A DNA stretch of 32,000 nt, from positions 1,445,711 to 1,477,710 of the forward strand of contig CAVQGK010000024.1 of assembly GCA_963712005.1 (NCBI GenBank), written 5' to 3'. Each line of letters starts with the position of its first letter. Position 1 is the first letter of the stretch. This document shows positions 9,389 through 17,751 of this stretch, piece by piece. Position numbers and translations under genes: made by a program. Source of the stretch: an uncultured Chloroflexia bacterium (GTDB lineage: Bacteria > Chloroflexota > Ktedonobacteria > Ktedonobacterales > JADMIN01). The notes beneath the pieces were generated by a model. The model made no database searches. It saw nothing but the letters and a program-made list of their open reading frames with translations, and had not been told where the DNA came from.

Positions 9389-9799
9389 ATGCCAGCGCTC
9401 ATACACAAAGTGCTCGCCTACGTGACCTGGGGTGATAAGCTGCTGGTCTTCAGCCATCCCGACTTTCCCGAGGCGGGGATTCAGGTTCCCGCAGGCACGA
9501 TAGAGCCGGGCGAGGTGCCGGAGGTCGTGGTGCTGCGTGAGGCGTTCGAGGAGACCGGGCTGAGCGGACTGACGCTGGTCGCGCCGCTGGGCGAGCAGTT
9601 ACGCGATGTGACGCCGTTTGGGAAAGATGAGCTGCACCACCGCTACTTCTTCCATCTGCTCTATGACGATACACCGCCGCAGACATGGCGGCTTTGGGAG
9701 GAATTCTCCTCAGATGGCAGCGAGCGCGTCGCCTTCGATTTCTTCTGGGCACAGCTCCCTGTTGGCGTCCCACCGTTGATTGCCGACCACGGCGCCTAG
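9389..9799 (+). CDS. Nudix hydrolase
   Basis: A canonical Nudix box is present: GTIEPGEVPEVVVLREAFEETGL (G-x5-E-x7-REUxEExGU). It starts 18 nt after paralog 2. Confidence 0.8.
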   Translation: MPALIHKVLAYVTWGDKLLVFSHPDFPEAGIQVPAGTIEPGEVPEVVVLREAFEETGLSGLTLVAPLGEQLRDVTPFGKDELHHRYFFHLLYDDTPPQTWRLWEEFSSDGSERVAFDFFWAQLPVGVPPLIADHGA

Positions 9800-9915
9800 C
9801 TACCCGAACTGCTGCGTTCGACGGGGTTGCCACCAGCGTGAGCTGATATACGGCAAAATGAAAGCTCCCCACGTCCATGCGGACGGAGGAGCCGTTGAGC
9901 ATGCGCCATGGCGAG

Positions 9916-10278
9916 TTATGCCATCTGCCCGGAATCGGCAGGCTTCGTCGGTCCAGCGAAGATGTAGACCAGCATCATGATGCCAGTCCAGCTCAGGAGA
10001 AGCACCAGGATGAACCAGAGCCACTGGCCCAGACGCGCCGTCTTGATGAGCGCGCCGAGCCATGCGATGAAGGCGAGAATTCCGGCTGCGGCCCACACGA
10101 TAAAGGCGATGATCAGCATAATCCCAACGCCAGCGCCAGCCGTTGTGCTCACTGTGCCGTCAGGATTCGTTGTCGTTGCTGCCGCGGCAGCAGTGCCACC
10201 CACAAAGAATAGAACTGTCGCAATGATGCTAAGGACGATACCAGCGAGAAACAGGTTACGTGATGTTGATCGCTCCAT
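9916..10278 (-). CDS. Small membrane protein (hypothetical)
   Basis: AAGGAG lies 5 nt upstream of the ATG at 10278. Three or four TM helices are separated by an Ala/Thr-rich loop. Confidence 0.5.
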   Translation of the reverse strand: MERSTSRNLFLAGIVLSIIATVLFFVGGTAAAAATTTNPDGTVSTTAGAGVGIMLIIAFIVWAAAGILAFIAWLGALIKTARLGQWLWFILVLLLSWTGIMMLVYIFAGPTKPADSGQMA

Positions 10279-10410
10279 GCGTTCTCCTTCAGCCTTGATG
10301 ATTGCGGACGCACCATGCGCCGCGCAGCACGATTATACAAGGAGATTGCATGCTGTCAAGTGGTGAATTGGGCCGGGGTCAACTGTAACCGTTTTCCGAT
10401 GCAATTTCAG

Positions 10411-10566
10411 TTAGCGAGGAAGGAGCGACAGGCACTCCAGTGGAACCCAGCCGCTTGTGCCGTCGAAAGAGTGGCAGTTCCCCGATGGCGTGCCGCCGCG
10501 GATCGCCGGACACAACGCCTGCCTGCGTTGCTGCGCCAGATGGGGCTGGTACACAATTGCGTACAA
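10411..10566 (-). CDS. Candidate 51-codon ORF ending in GWVPLECL (degenerate SH3b-like?)
   Basis: It has a TTG start, is not in the ORF track, and has no clear SD. Its C-terminus ...FDGTSGWVPLECLSLLPR* parallels the ORF at 12417-12644. The two share a 35-nt motif with 31 of 35 positions identical. Confidence 0.15.
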   Translation of the reverse strand: MYAIVYQPHLAQQRRQALCPAIRGGTPSGNCHSFDGTSGWVPLECLSLLPR

Positions 10567-10706
10567 TAGCTACGGGACGACAGGTCACTTCCGCTTACGT
10601 CGACTGATAGTGACCACCATATCGCACACATGAGTTCGTCTGCTCTGCCTGCATATTCAGGGAAATTTGCCGATGCTCGCTTGCCTTTTTTGAAGGGTTT
10701 GTGCAG

Positions 10707-11486
10707 CTATCGACCCACCTTGTGCCGGACATCCAGCGTCTCTTTCCTGGCCTGTCGAGCATCAGAAGACGAAGGATCTATTGCCAATGCCTGATCGAAT
10801 GCAGCCAGCGCACCGTCCAACTGCGATGGGTTTCTGCTGAAGGTAAATGCGTTCCGCAGGATGCCTCCCTTGAGCGTCAAGAGCGCCGCACTCCTCCGAT
10901 CAAGCCCTATAGCCTTTTCGATGGCATAAAGAGCGGGATCGAAACGTCTAAGTGTCCAGTACGCAATCGCGAGAGTCTGCCAGGCCTGGACGTCATTGGG
11001 ATTCACTTCGGTGGCTCGCTGTGCGCGGGAGAGTGCGTTGGCAGCATCGGCATTTGTGGTGACCTCATTCTTTGCCTTACGATACTGATAGATGCCCCCA
11101 CCGAGGATTCCATACCAACCGGCCAAGCTAAATATGATTAGCAGCGGCAGGCCCGCGGTAAGGACAGAAAGCGCGATCAAGGGAAGAACGCGGTCAATGC
11201 CCACGAACCTCCGCCATATTGTGATCCAGCCCCAGTAGGTACCCCAAGAGTAGTACGCGCAGATAGGGATTAACGCCACAAGGAGGACGGCTGCCAAGGC
11301 TACCGACCTGCCATCGCTACTCCCCGGTTGTCTGGGGGAGGCAATGGCAGCGACAAGCCCGATGATGCCGAACACCAGCGGGATGGCGCCACCAGTATAC
11401 AGAAAGACGCGCGACCACATAAGTGCCCTCTTCGCGCGCGCAGTCGGCTCGCTGAAATTGCCGTAGGAGGCGTCCTGAGTTTGCAT
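10707..11486 (-). CDS. Membrane-anchored TPR-repeat protein
   Basis: GAGGAG lies 7 nt upstream of the ATG at 11486. The N-terminal half has about 4 TM helices. The C-terminal half has TPR-like repeats (NPNDVQAWQTLAIAYWTLRRFDPALYAIEKAIGLD...ALAAFDQALAIDP). Confidence 0.65.
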   Translation of the reverse strand: MQTQDASYGNFSEPTARAKRALMWSRVFLYTGGAIPLVFGIIGLVAAIASPRQPGSSDGRSVALAAVLLVALIPICAYYSWGTYWGWITIWRRFVGIDRVLPLIALSVLTAGLPLLIIFSLAGWYGILGGGIYQYRKAKNEVTTNADAANALSRAQRATEVNPNDVQAWQTLAIAYWTLRRFDPALYAIEKAIGLDRRSAALLTLKGGILRNAFTFSRNPSQLDGALAAFDQALAIDPSSSDARQARKETLDVRHKVGR

Positions 11487-11918
11487 CTACCTGCTCCTCT
11501 CACCAGAGATCCCCTTGGTCGCTTGGGGAAGTATGCCATAAATGCAGGCGCTCTTCAATACATCATGAATACCGAGACTGGAACTGTGGCCCACATTCGC
11601 AGTTTCGCCGCCCAAATTGTGGGTTTCGTGACACATGGAAGGCCAGTCCGGTCCAAGGCAGGAAAATCCTGAGGATGCGCCTACAGGGCGGTATTACGGC
11701 AGGAGCGGGCTCATATGCCTCCTTTGCTTGATGGCCGAGGGGACAGCAATCTGGAATCGCGCTGCCGAGAACCGCTCAATCACTGGTCATTTCAGGATTC
11801 TCCTGGGTTCGAAGCCAATACTCCGGAAACCTTGTCGCTCAAACTGCGGAATGTGGGATGCTGCCAAGCGGCGAATTGCAGAGTTGCTCATCGCACACTG
11901 TTGTTCGGCTGTAGCGCC

Positions 11919-12314
11919 TCAGGGCGCATCGTGGGGCAGGTGCGATGCCTGCTGGGCGACGGTTGCCAGCATGTAGTCTATCTCAAATGGCTTCTTGAGG
12001 AGTGTCAGTCCTAGATCAGCGCGCTGTAGTTGAGAGATGCTCTGGAGCGCCTCGTGGTCGGCGCTCATGACAATCCAGGCGTGGCGACGAGCCAGTTGAG
12101 GATCCTGCTCCAGCATCTCAAGCACAGTCTGGCCGGTCATTCCTGGCATCAGCAGGTCCAGCAAAACGACCGCGTGGTAAGGCGTGGCGCGCAAGACATC
12201 CAGGGCGTCCTCGCCGTCTCCCACTTCCACGATTGCGTATCCAGCAGTGTGTAGCACAAACTCCAGCGAGTCCCGAATCGATGCGTCGTCATCTACAATA
12301 AGAACCCAGGCCAT
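11919..12314 (-). CDS. Single-domain response regulator (CheY-like receiver)
   Basis: Receiver signature residues are present: an acidic pair in LIVDDD, a phospho-acceptor context VVLLDLLMPGMTG, and LKKPF. Confidence 0.85.
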   Translation of the reverse strand: MAWVLIVDDDASIRDSLEFVLHTAGYAIVEVGDGEDALDVLRATPYHAVVLLDLLMPGMTGQTVLEMLEQDPQLARRHAWIVMSADHEALQSISQLQRADLGLTLLKKPFEIDYMLATVAQQASHLPHDAP

Positions 12315-12416
12315 TCCACTATCCTTGTCCCATCCTGGTTTCCGTGACCCTCACGGATTCACCAGACGGTGTGTCCTGGTAAGGCTCTATGCAACAATCG
12401 CGCCACAGCGCCCCGG

Positions 12417-12644
12417 TCAGTCTGGAAGGCGCGTCAGGCATTCCAGTGGAATCCAGCCCCTGGCTCCATCTGGTAGACGACAGCGCGCCCATCCGGCCAG
12501 CTCGCGCTCGACGGTGAGCCACGCGCCGGACAAAATACTAAGCATGCATGCGGGCGTCTTGACAAACAACGCGCACAACAGCGATAATACCCCCTGGCAT
12601 TGTTGGCGCAATCCGTTGCGGCGGCATGCCACATGCGCATTCAC
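12417..12644 (-). CDS. Candidate small SH3b-like protein (75 codons from GTG; an internal ATG gives 42 codons)
   Basis: The translation ...ALFVKTPACMLSILSGAWLTVERELAGWARCRLPDGARGWIPLECLTRLPD* follows the bacterial SH3 pattern (G..l.V....gW..v.l.DG..GW.P...L). It lies 102 nt upstream of the response regulator on the same strand. It has no good SD and overlaps the putative tRNA promoter. Confidence 0.3.
   Translation of the reverse strand: MNAHVACRRNGLRQQCQGVLSLLCALFVKTPACMLSILSGAWLTVERELAGWARCRLPDGARGWIPLECLTRLPD
12559..12588 (+). promoter_or_regulatory. Candidate sigma-70-type promoter for the tRNA-tuf unit
   Basis: TTGACA (12559-12564), an 18-nt spacer, then GATAAT (12583-12588), about 65 nt upstream of tRNA-Tyr. 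Confidence 0.35.
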
Positions 12645-12654
12645 AACTCTGCAT

Positions 12655-12739
12655 GGCCAGATACCGAAGTGGACAAACGGGACTGACTGTAAATCAGTTG
12701 GCTTACGCCTTCGTAGGTTCGAATCCTACTCTGGCCACC
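12655..12739 (+). tRNA. tRNA-Tyr (anticodon GTA), type II with a long variable arm
   Basis: Hand-folded: acceptor GGCCAGA/TCTGGCC, a 3-bp D stem, anticodon arm ACTGA-CTGTAAA-TCAGT, variable stem GGC/GCC, T arm GTAGG-TTCGAAT-CCTAC, discriminator A. Confidence 0.9.
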
Positions 12740-12790
12740 GCCTGACGAACGTTTCACGACGTTCAATAAGGCGCCACCACATATCCATAT

Positions 12791-12865
12791 GCCCGCGTGG
12801 CGCAGAGGTAGCGCACAATCTTGGTAAGGTTGGGGTCATGGGTTCGAATCCCATCGCGGGCTCCA
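12791..12865 (+). tRNA. tRNA-Thr (anticodon GGT), with CCA encoded
   Basis: Hand-folded: acceptor GCCCGCG/CGCGGGC, D arm GCGC-AGAGGTA-GCGC, anticodon arm CAATC-TTGGTAA-GGTTG, T arm ATGGG-TTCGAAT-CCCAT, then T-CCA. Confidence 0.92.
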
Positions 12866-13024
12866 ACGGTTCCCCCGCTGATTTGCTGGCTCAGGCTGGC
12901 AGAGATGCGGCGGAACGTTTTATTGTGTACTGGGCCGCGCGCATCGATCAGGAAATGACGTCAGACGCGCCGCGTCCGGTTCGTGTGCCGGAGAGCACGA
13001 GCACACAGGAGGGTTTTCAGCTTC

Positions 13025-14230
13025 ATGGCGAAGCAGAAGTTTGTGCGGAACAAGCCGCATGTGAACGTGGGGACGATTGGGCACATCGACCACGGCAAGA
13101 CGACGCTGACCGCGGCGATCACCAAAGTGTTGGCCAGCCGTGGGCAGGCCAAGTACACCGCCTTTGACCAGATCGACAAAGCCCCCGAGGAGCGCGAGCG
13201 CGGCATCACCATCGCCATCGCCCACGTCGAGTACGAGACCGACAAACGCCACTATGCCCATGTCGATTGTCCCGGACACGCCGACTACATCAAGAACATG
13301 ATTACCGGCGCGGCGCAGATGGATGGCGCGATTCTGGTTGTCTCGGCGCCTGATGGCCCGATGCCGCAGACGCGCGAGCACATCCTCTTGGCGCGCCAGG
13401 TCGAGGTGCCGGCGATGGTCGTCTTCCTCAACAAGGTCGACATGCTCGACGATGAGGAACTCTTGGAGTTGGTCGAGCTTGAGGTCCGCGAGCTCTTGAG
13501 CAAGAACAACTTCCCCGGCGATGATGTGCCGGTGGTGCGCGGCTCGGCGTTGAAGGCGCTGGAGTCGACCGGGGATCTCAGCCGCGAGGATGCCGCCGCC
13601 GCGCCGATCTGGGCGCTGATGGATGCGGTCGATGACTACATCCCCACTCCACCACGGCCGGTGGACCAGCCGTTCCTGATGCCGGTCGAGGATGTCTTCT
13701 CGATCAAGGGCCGCGGCACGGTCGTCACCGGGCGCATCGAGCGCGGCATCGTCAAGATCGGCGACACGATTGAGATCGTGGGCTTCACCGAGGCGCCGCG
13801 TGCGGTCACCGTCACCGGCGTCGAGATGTTCCAGAAGACCATGGATCAGGGCGAGGCGGGCGACAATGTGGGCTGCCTGCTGCGCGGCGTCGAGCGCAAC
13901 GAGATCGAGCGCGGGCAGGTGCTGGCGAAACCCGGCAGCATCAAGCCGCACACCAAGTTCGAGGCGCAGGTCTATGTGCTCTCGAAGGAGGAGGGGGGAC
14001 GGCATACGCCGTTCTTCAATGGCTATCGTCCGCAGTTCTACATCCGCACCACCGATGTCACCGGGGCGATTGGGCTGCCTCCGGGCGTCGAGATGGTGAT
14101 TCCGGGGGATAATGTGACGATGACGGTGGAGTTGCATGCCCCGGTGGCGCTGGAGGAGGGCAGCCGCTTCGCCATTCGCGAAGGCGGTCGCACCGTCGGC
14201 GCGGGCGCTGTCACCAAGGTCACCGCATAA
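13025..14230 (+). CDS. tuf: Elongation factor Tu
   Basis: [33 protein letters not shown]..., with DCPGHADY and NKVD GTPase motifs. The ATG at 13025 gives the canonical N-terminus. Confidence 0.97.
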   Translation: MAKQKFVRNKPHVNVGTIGHIDHGKTTLTAAITKVLASRGQAKYTAFDQIDKAPEERERGITIAIAHVEYETDKRHYAHVDCPGHADYIKNMITGAAQMDGAILVVSAPDGPMPQTREHILLARQVEVPAMVVFLNKVDMLDDEELLELVELEVRELLSKNNFPGDDVPVVRGSALKALESTGDLSREDAAAAPIWALMDAVDDYIPTPPRPVDQPFLMPVEDVFSIKGRGTVVTGRIERGIVKIGDTIEIVGFTEAPRAVTVTGVEMFQKTMDQGEAGDNVGCLLRGVERNEIERGQVLAKPGSIKPHTKFEAQVYVLSKEEGGRHTPFFNGYRPQFYIRTTDVTGAIGLPPGVEMVIPGDNVTMTVELHAPVALEEGSRFAIREGGRTVGAGAVTKVTA

Positions 14231-14269
14231 GCTCACTCTGAACGCACGCGCGCAGGTTGCAACGTGCAA

Positions 14270-14301
14270 CGCTCCTGATCGGCAGTCGTCGGTCAGGAGC
14301 G
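14270..14301 (+). terminator. Hairpin downstream of tuf (possible terminator or processing site)
   Basis: A 13-bp stem (CGCTCCTGATCGG / TCGGTCAGGAGCG, including G-U pairs) with a 6-nt loop. The downstream T-tract is poor (TGTTCCGTT). Confidence 0.4.
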
Positions 14302-14355
14302 TGTTCCGTTCCTGAGCAACGGCGAGCGTGGTATGGCAACTTAGTGTCCATGCGC

Positions 14356-14385
14356 TAGACAGTCATTTGGAGGATGGTATACAAT
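14356..14385 (+). promoter_or_regulatory. Candidate promoter upstream of rpmG-secE-nusG
   Basis: TAGACA (14356-14361), an 18-nt spacer, then TACAAT (14380-14385). Confidence 0.3.
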
Positions 14386-14524
14386 AGGCTGGAGTGGTTT
14401 GCGTCAGTACGTTTGCGCATGGTTGGCACAGTTGGCATACAACGCAATTGGCGACATTCTATAGTATGATGTGCGCTGACTCGACGCAGCCACGAAAAAC
14501 GAAGGCTGAGAGGATAGGGAACGC

Positions 14525-14695
14525 ATGGCCGCCAAAGGCAAAGAGAACCGTATTTTGGTCACACTCGCCTGTACCGAGTGCAAAGAGCGCAATTATATTA
14601 CGACGAAGAATAAGAAGAACGATCCGGAGCGCATGGAGCTGCGGAAGTTCTGCCCACGCTGTCGGTGCCATCGCGCGCATCGTGAAACGAAGTAG
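14525..14695 (+). CDS. rpmG: 50S ribosomal protein L33 (Zn-ribbon form)
   Basis: Not in the ORF track because it has only 56 codons. Hand translation gives [56 protein letters not shown], with CxxC...CxxC. Confidence 0.9.
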   Translation: MAAKGKENRILVTLACTECKERNYITTKNKKNDPERMELRKFCPRCRCHRAHRETK

Positions 14696-14759
14696 CGGAC
14701 GAGCGTACTCATAGGCGTTGCCCGCAGACGCGCGGCGATCCGCAACAGGAGAACTCACC

Positions 14760-15215
14760 TTGGCAAAGGCAAGTACAAATAAGGACAGACGCCTGGCACG
14801 TGCCGTGCGCACACCATCGGCAGACGATGAGGCGCTGCACGATCAGGAGCTCGATCCCGCCGGTGAGAGTCTGATGGACGAGGAGGTCGAGCAGCTCGCC
14901 GAGGCGCAGGAGGCCGTAGACGCCGGGGATCCGCTGCCCACGGCCTTCGCGAGCGACCAAGCCCTCACCTCCACCACGAACCGGACGGCGCTGCGCACCT
15001 ATACGGTGCCCTCCTGGACACTGGGCAACCCTGTGACGCGCTTCGTGGCGGAGTCATACATCGAGCTGCGCAAAGTGACGTGGCCGACCTGGAACGAGGC
15101 ATGGAACTGGACGCTCATCGTCATCGCCATGTCCGCGATCGTCGCCCTGATTCTCGCCGCCGCCGATCTCGGCCTGGCCAGGCTCCTTACCTGGGTGGTT
15201 GGTCTGGGCGGGTAG
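14760..15215 (+). CDS. secE: Preprotein translocase subunit SecE with a long acidic N-terminal extension
   Basis: The C-terminal FVAESYIELRKVTWPTWNEAWNWTLIVIAMSAIVALILAAADLGL is the SecE core with a single TM. TTG 14760 is preceded by AGGAG (14746-14750); TTG 14718 is an alternative start. Confidence 0.8.
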   Translation: MAKASTNKDRRLARAVRTPSADDEALHDQELDPAGESLMDEEVEQLAEAQEAVDAGDPLPTAFASDQALTSTTNRTALRTYTVPSWTLGNPVTRFVAESYIELRKVTWPTWNEAWNWTLIVIAMSAIVALILAAADLGLARLLTWVVGLGG

Positions 15216-15302
15216 CGTCCGCGATAGCGTCTCGCCGCATCGATAACAAAGAAGCCGGATGTGATAACTGGCGTGGTGTTCCGCGCCATGGAGGAAAGCA
15301 CG

Positions 15303-15905
15303 ATGGACGCGCAGGATCAGGAACCCCTGGAGGAGAGCGAACAGCTTCCGCCGCCCGAACCTGAGGTCGAGGGGCGTCACTGGTATGCAATCCACACCTA
15401 CTCCGGCTACGAGAACAAGGTCAAGACGCATATAGAGGCGCGCATCGTTTCGATGCAGCTTCAGGAACGCATCTTCCGGGTGGTCATGCCGACCGAAGAG
15501 GTCATCGAGATCAAGAACGGCCAGCGCCGGACCGTCACGCGCAAGATCTATCCGGGCTACGTCCTGGTGGACATGGTGCTCGACGAGGTGACGTGGCACG
15601 CGGTGCGCAATACGCCCGGCGTCACCGGCTTCGTCGGCGGCATGGGCACCGAGCCGGTCCCGGTGCCCGAGAGCGAGTTGCGCTATATCCTGCGCGCGCC
15701 CGCCGCTGGCGCCGAGGCCAAGCCCAAGGCCAAGATCGAATACAAGATCGGCCAGCCGGTCAAGGTCATCAGCGGGCCGTTCAGCGAGTTCATCGGGACG
15801 GTCAGCGAGATCAATCAGGACCGCAACAAGGTAACGGTGTTGGTCTCCTTCTTCGGACGCGAGACGCCGGTACAACTGGATTTCCTCGAAGTCGAGAAGA
15901 TGTGA
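15303..15905 (+). CDS. nusG: Transcription termination/antitermination factor NusG
   Basis: The NGN domain (HWYAIHTYSGYENKVK...GYVLV) and KOW domain (GQPVKVISGPFSEFIGTVSEI) are present. GGAGGA lies 7 nt upstream of ATG 15303. Confidence 0.93.
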   Translation: MDAQDQEPLEESEQLPPPEPEVEGRHWYAIHTYSGYENKVKTHIEARIVSMQLQERIFRVVMPTEEVIEIKNGQRRTVTRKIYPGYVLVDMVLDEVTWHAVRNTPGVTGFVGGMGTEPVPVPESELRYILRAPAAGAEAKPKAKIEYKIGQPVKVISGPFSEFIGTVSEINQDRNKVTVLVSFFGRETPVQLDFLEVEKM

Positions 15906-16104
15906 CGGCGGTCGCATCCATGCGGTATGCTTCCATCTGGATGTGATCGGTAGTTTCCAACAGTTCCAACGTGTTTACAGAGGCGCCGTGCCGCCGTGCA
16001 TACGGATTCCGGCGGGCGTCAGTTCGAGGAAGGGTGCGGGCCGCGACGGCCTGGGGGCTTCGTTCGCGGAGCCACATCGCCCGGTGACCTCAAAGGAGTA
16101 GAAA

Positions 16105-16527
16105 TTGTCCAAGCGCGTCAAAGCAGTGCTCACACTGCAACTCCCCGCGGGCAAGGCGACGCCCGCACAGCCAGTCGGCCCGGCGCTCGGCCAGCACGGC
16201 ATCAACATCATGGGCTTCGTGAAGGAATATAACGAGCGCACGGCGAATCAGGCGGGCAATATCGTCCCCGCCGAAATCACGGTCTACGAGGACCGCTCCT
16301 TCACCTTCATCATCAAGACACCCCCGGCGACTGACCTGCTGAAGAAGGCGGCTGGCGTCGAGAAGGGCACGCAGACCCCGGCGAAGGCCACGGTGGGGCA
16401 GATCACCAAGAAGCAGCTGCGCGAGATTGCCGAGCTGAAGATGAAAGACCTCAACGCCAACGATATCGAGGCGGCTGAGCGCATCATCGCGGGCACCGCG
16501 CGCTCGATGGGGATCACCATCGCCTGA
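16105..16527 (+). CDS. rplK: 50S ribosomal protein L11
   Basis: [42 protein letters not shown]... The start is TTG, with AAGGAG upstream. Confidence 0.95.
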   Translation: MSKRVKAVLTLQLPAGKATPAQPVGPALGQHGINIMGFVKEYNERTANQAGNIVPAEITVYEDRSFTFIIKTPPATDLLKKAAGVEKGTQTPAKATVGQITKKQLREIAELKMKDLNANDIEAAERIIAGTARSMGITIA

Positions 16528-16575
16528 GTCTCCAACTTTGTTGTTGAGGCGCAGACCTCTCCCGGCCTTCGGCCA

Positions 16576-16599
16576 CCCTCCCTTGCGAGGGGAGGGTTT
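16576..16599 (+). promoter_or_regulatory. Hairpin inside the rplK-rplA spacer (terminator/attenuator-like)
   Basis: CCCTCCC (16576-16582), a 7-nt loop, GGGAGGG (16590-16596), followed by TTT. Confidence 0.3.
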
Positions 16600-16734
16600 C
16601 AAGGTATGCCAGCCGGGCTAGCGCCGAATCCCGCGTTGTGTCGTATACGTTTAGAGAGACAGAGCCGGAGATCCCCGGCTTCTATCCGCCCAATAGTCAC
16701 TGCGGACCATGAGCCACGAGGAGGGCAGATTCGC

Positions 16735-17442
16735 ATGCCAAAACATGGTAAGAAGTATCGAGAAGCGATCAAGCTGGTAGACGAAGAGAAGCTGTATCAG
16801 GTCGCCGAGGCGATTCCGCTGCTGCGCAAGCTGAACTACGTCACCTTTGACCCGACCGTCGAGCTGCACATGCAGCTTGGCGTGGATCCGCGTCACGCCG
16901 ACCAGATGGTGCGCGGCACCGCTGGATTGCCTGCGGGCACCGGCAAATCGGTGAAGGTGCTGGTCTTTGCCCAGGGCGAGAAGGCCACCGAGGCCGAGCA
17001 GGCTGGGGCCGATTTCGTCGGGCTGGACGACATGATCAAGCAGATCAACGAGGGCTGGCTCGGCTTCGATGTCGCCATTGCGACGCCGGATGTGATGCAG
17101 AAGGTTGCTGGCCTGGGCCGACGCCTGGGGCCGCGCGGCCTGATGCCGAACCCGAAGACGGGCACCGTCAGCTTCGATGTCGGCAGGGCGGTGCGCGAGG
17201 TGAAGGCAGGCCGTGTCGAGTTCCGTGTGGACCGGACCAGCCTGATTCACATTCCCATCGGCAAGCTCTCGTTCACCGACGAGCAGCTGACCCAGAACCT
17301 GACCGCCGCGCTCGATGCCATCCAGCGCGCGAAGCCCGCCGGGGCGAAGGGGCAGTACATCAAGAGCATCGTGCTCTGTTCGACGATGTCGCCCAGCGTC
17401 CGGCTCGATATCCAGCCGACGATGGCGCTGCGCACGGCGTAA
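16735..17442 (+). CDS. rplA: 50S ribosomal protein L1
   Basis: [21 protein letters not shown]... with GAGGAGGG upstream of ATG 16735. The ORF-track start at 16606 is an upstream extension. Confidence 0.95.
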   Translation: MPKHGKKYREAIKLVDEEKLYQVAEAIPLLRKLNYVTFDPTVELHMQLGVDPRHADQMVRGTAGLPAGTGKSVKVLVFAQGEKATEAEQAGADFVGLDDMIKQINEGWLGFDVAIATPDVMQKVAGLGRRLGPRGLMPNPKTGTVSFDVGRAVREVKAGRVEFRVDRTSLIHIPIGKLSFTDEQLTQNLTAALDAIQRAKPAGAKGQYIKSIVLCSTMSPSVRLDIQPTMALRTA

Positions 17443-17549
17443 TCCCGACTGGCGGCTGAAGCCGCGCCTATGGGCCTGCGGCCGCAAAGCCCGCCTGCGC
17501 GGGCTGCGATGGGAGCAATCCGCGAGCGTGGCCTGAGTGGCGAGGTCAT

Positions 17550-17579
17550 TTGACGTTGGCAGCAATCGGCTGCTATACT
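17550..17579 (+). promoter_or_regulatory. Candidate promoter for rplJ-rplL
   Basis: TTGACG (17550-17555), an 18-nt spacer, then TATACT (17574-17579). Confidence 0.4.
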
Positions 17580-17717
17580 GAGTTAGTTCTACAATCGCAT
17601 ACATGCCAGTGATAGCAGGTGCGCGCGAGCGCTTAAGCGAGAGGCCTGCCGAGGCGAAGAATCCACTGTGCTTATCCGATATGCCGCAACGCGGTGTGTC
17701 TGGTGATAGAGTGCTTT

Positions 17718-17751
17718 GGGCCTTCGGGTCGGCGACCTGGAGGCCCTTTTT
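17718..17751 (+). terminator. Intrinsic terminator/attenuator within the rplJ (L10) leader
   Basis: An uninterrupted 13-bp stem GGGCCTTCGGGTC / GACCTGGAGGCCC (two G-U pairs) with loop GGC, followed by TTTTT (17747-17751). It lies 144 nt upstream of the rplJ ATG. Confidence 0.55.

Noticed and set aside
11795-11830. A T-loop-like GGGTTCGAAGCC in the 432-nt gap between the TPR and receiver genes
   Set aside because: The flanking sequence cannot form a T stem or acceptor stem, so this is a chance match. The short ORFs in the gap (6 aa and 34 aa on the minus strand, 99 aa on the plus strand) lack support.
12184-13167. A 327-codon plus-strand ORF
   Set aside because: It runs through the antisense of the response regulator, both tRNA genes and the tuf 5' end. 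It is incompatible with these well-supported features.
12920-14269. A 449-codon ORF on the minus strand
   Set aside because: It is exactly antisense to tuf and has an Arg/Ala/Asp/His/Leu-rich, low-complexity composition. This is the typical shadow ORF of a high-GC gene, and tuf is unambiguous.
14420-14455. Three spaced TTGGC(A/G) repeats upstream of rpmG
   Set aside because: The repeats are short with irregular spacing (9 and 16 nt) and fit no defined operator or promoter geometry. Evidence is insufficient.
15054-15917. A 287-codon minus-strand ORF
   Set aside because: It is antisense to nusG and the secE 3' end, so it is a high-GC shadow ORF.
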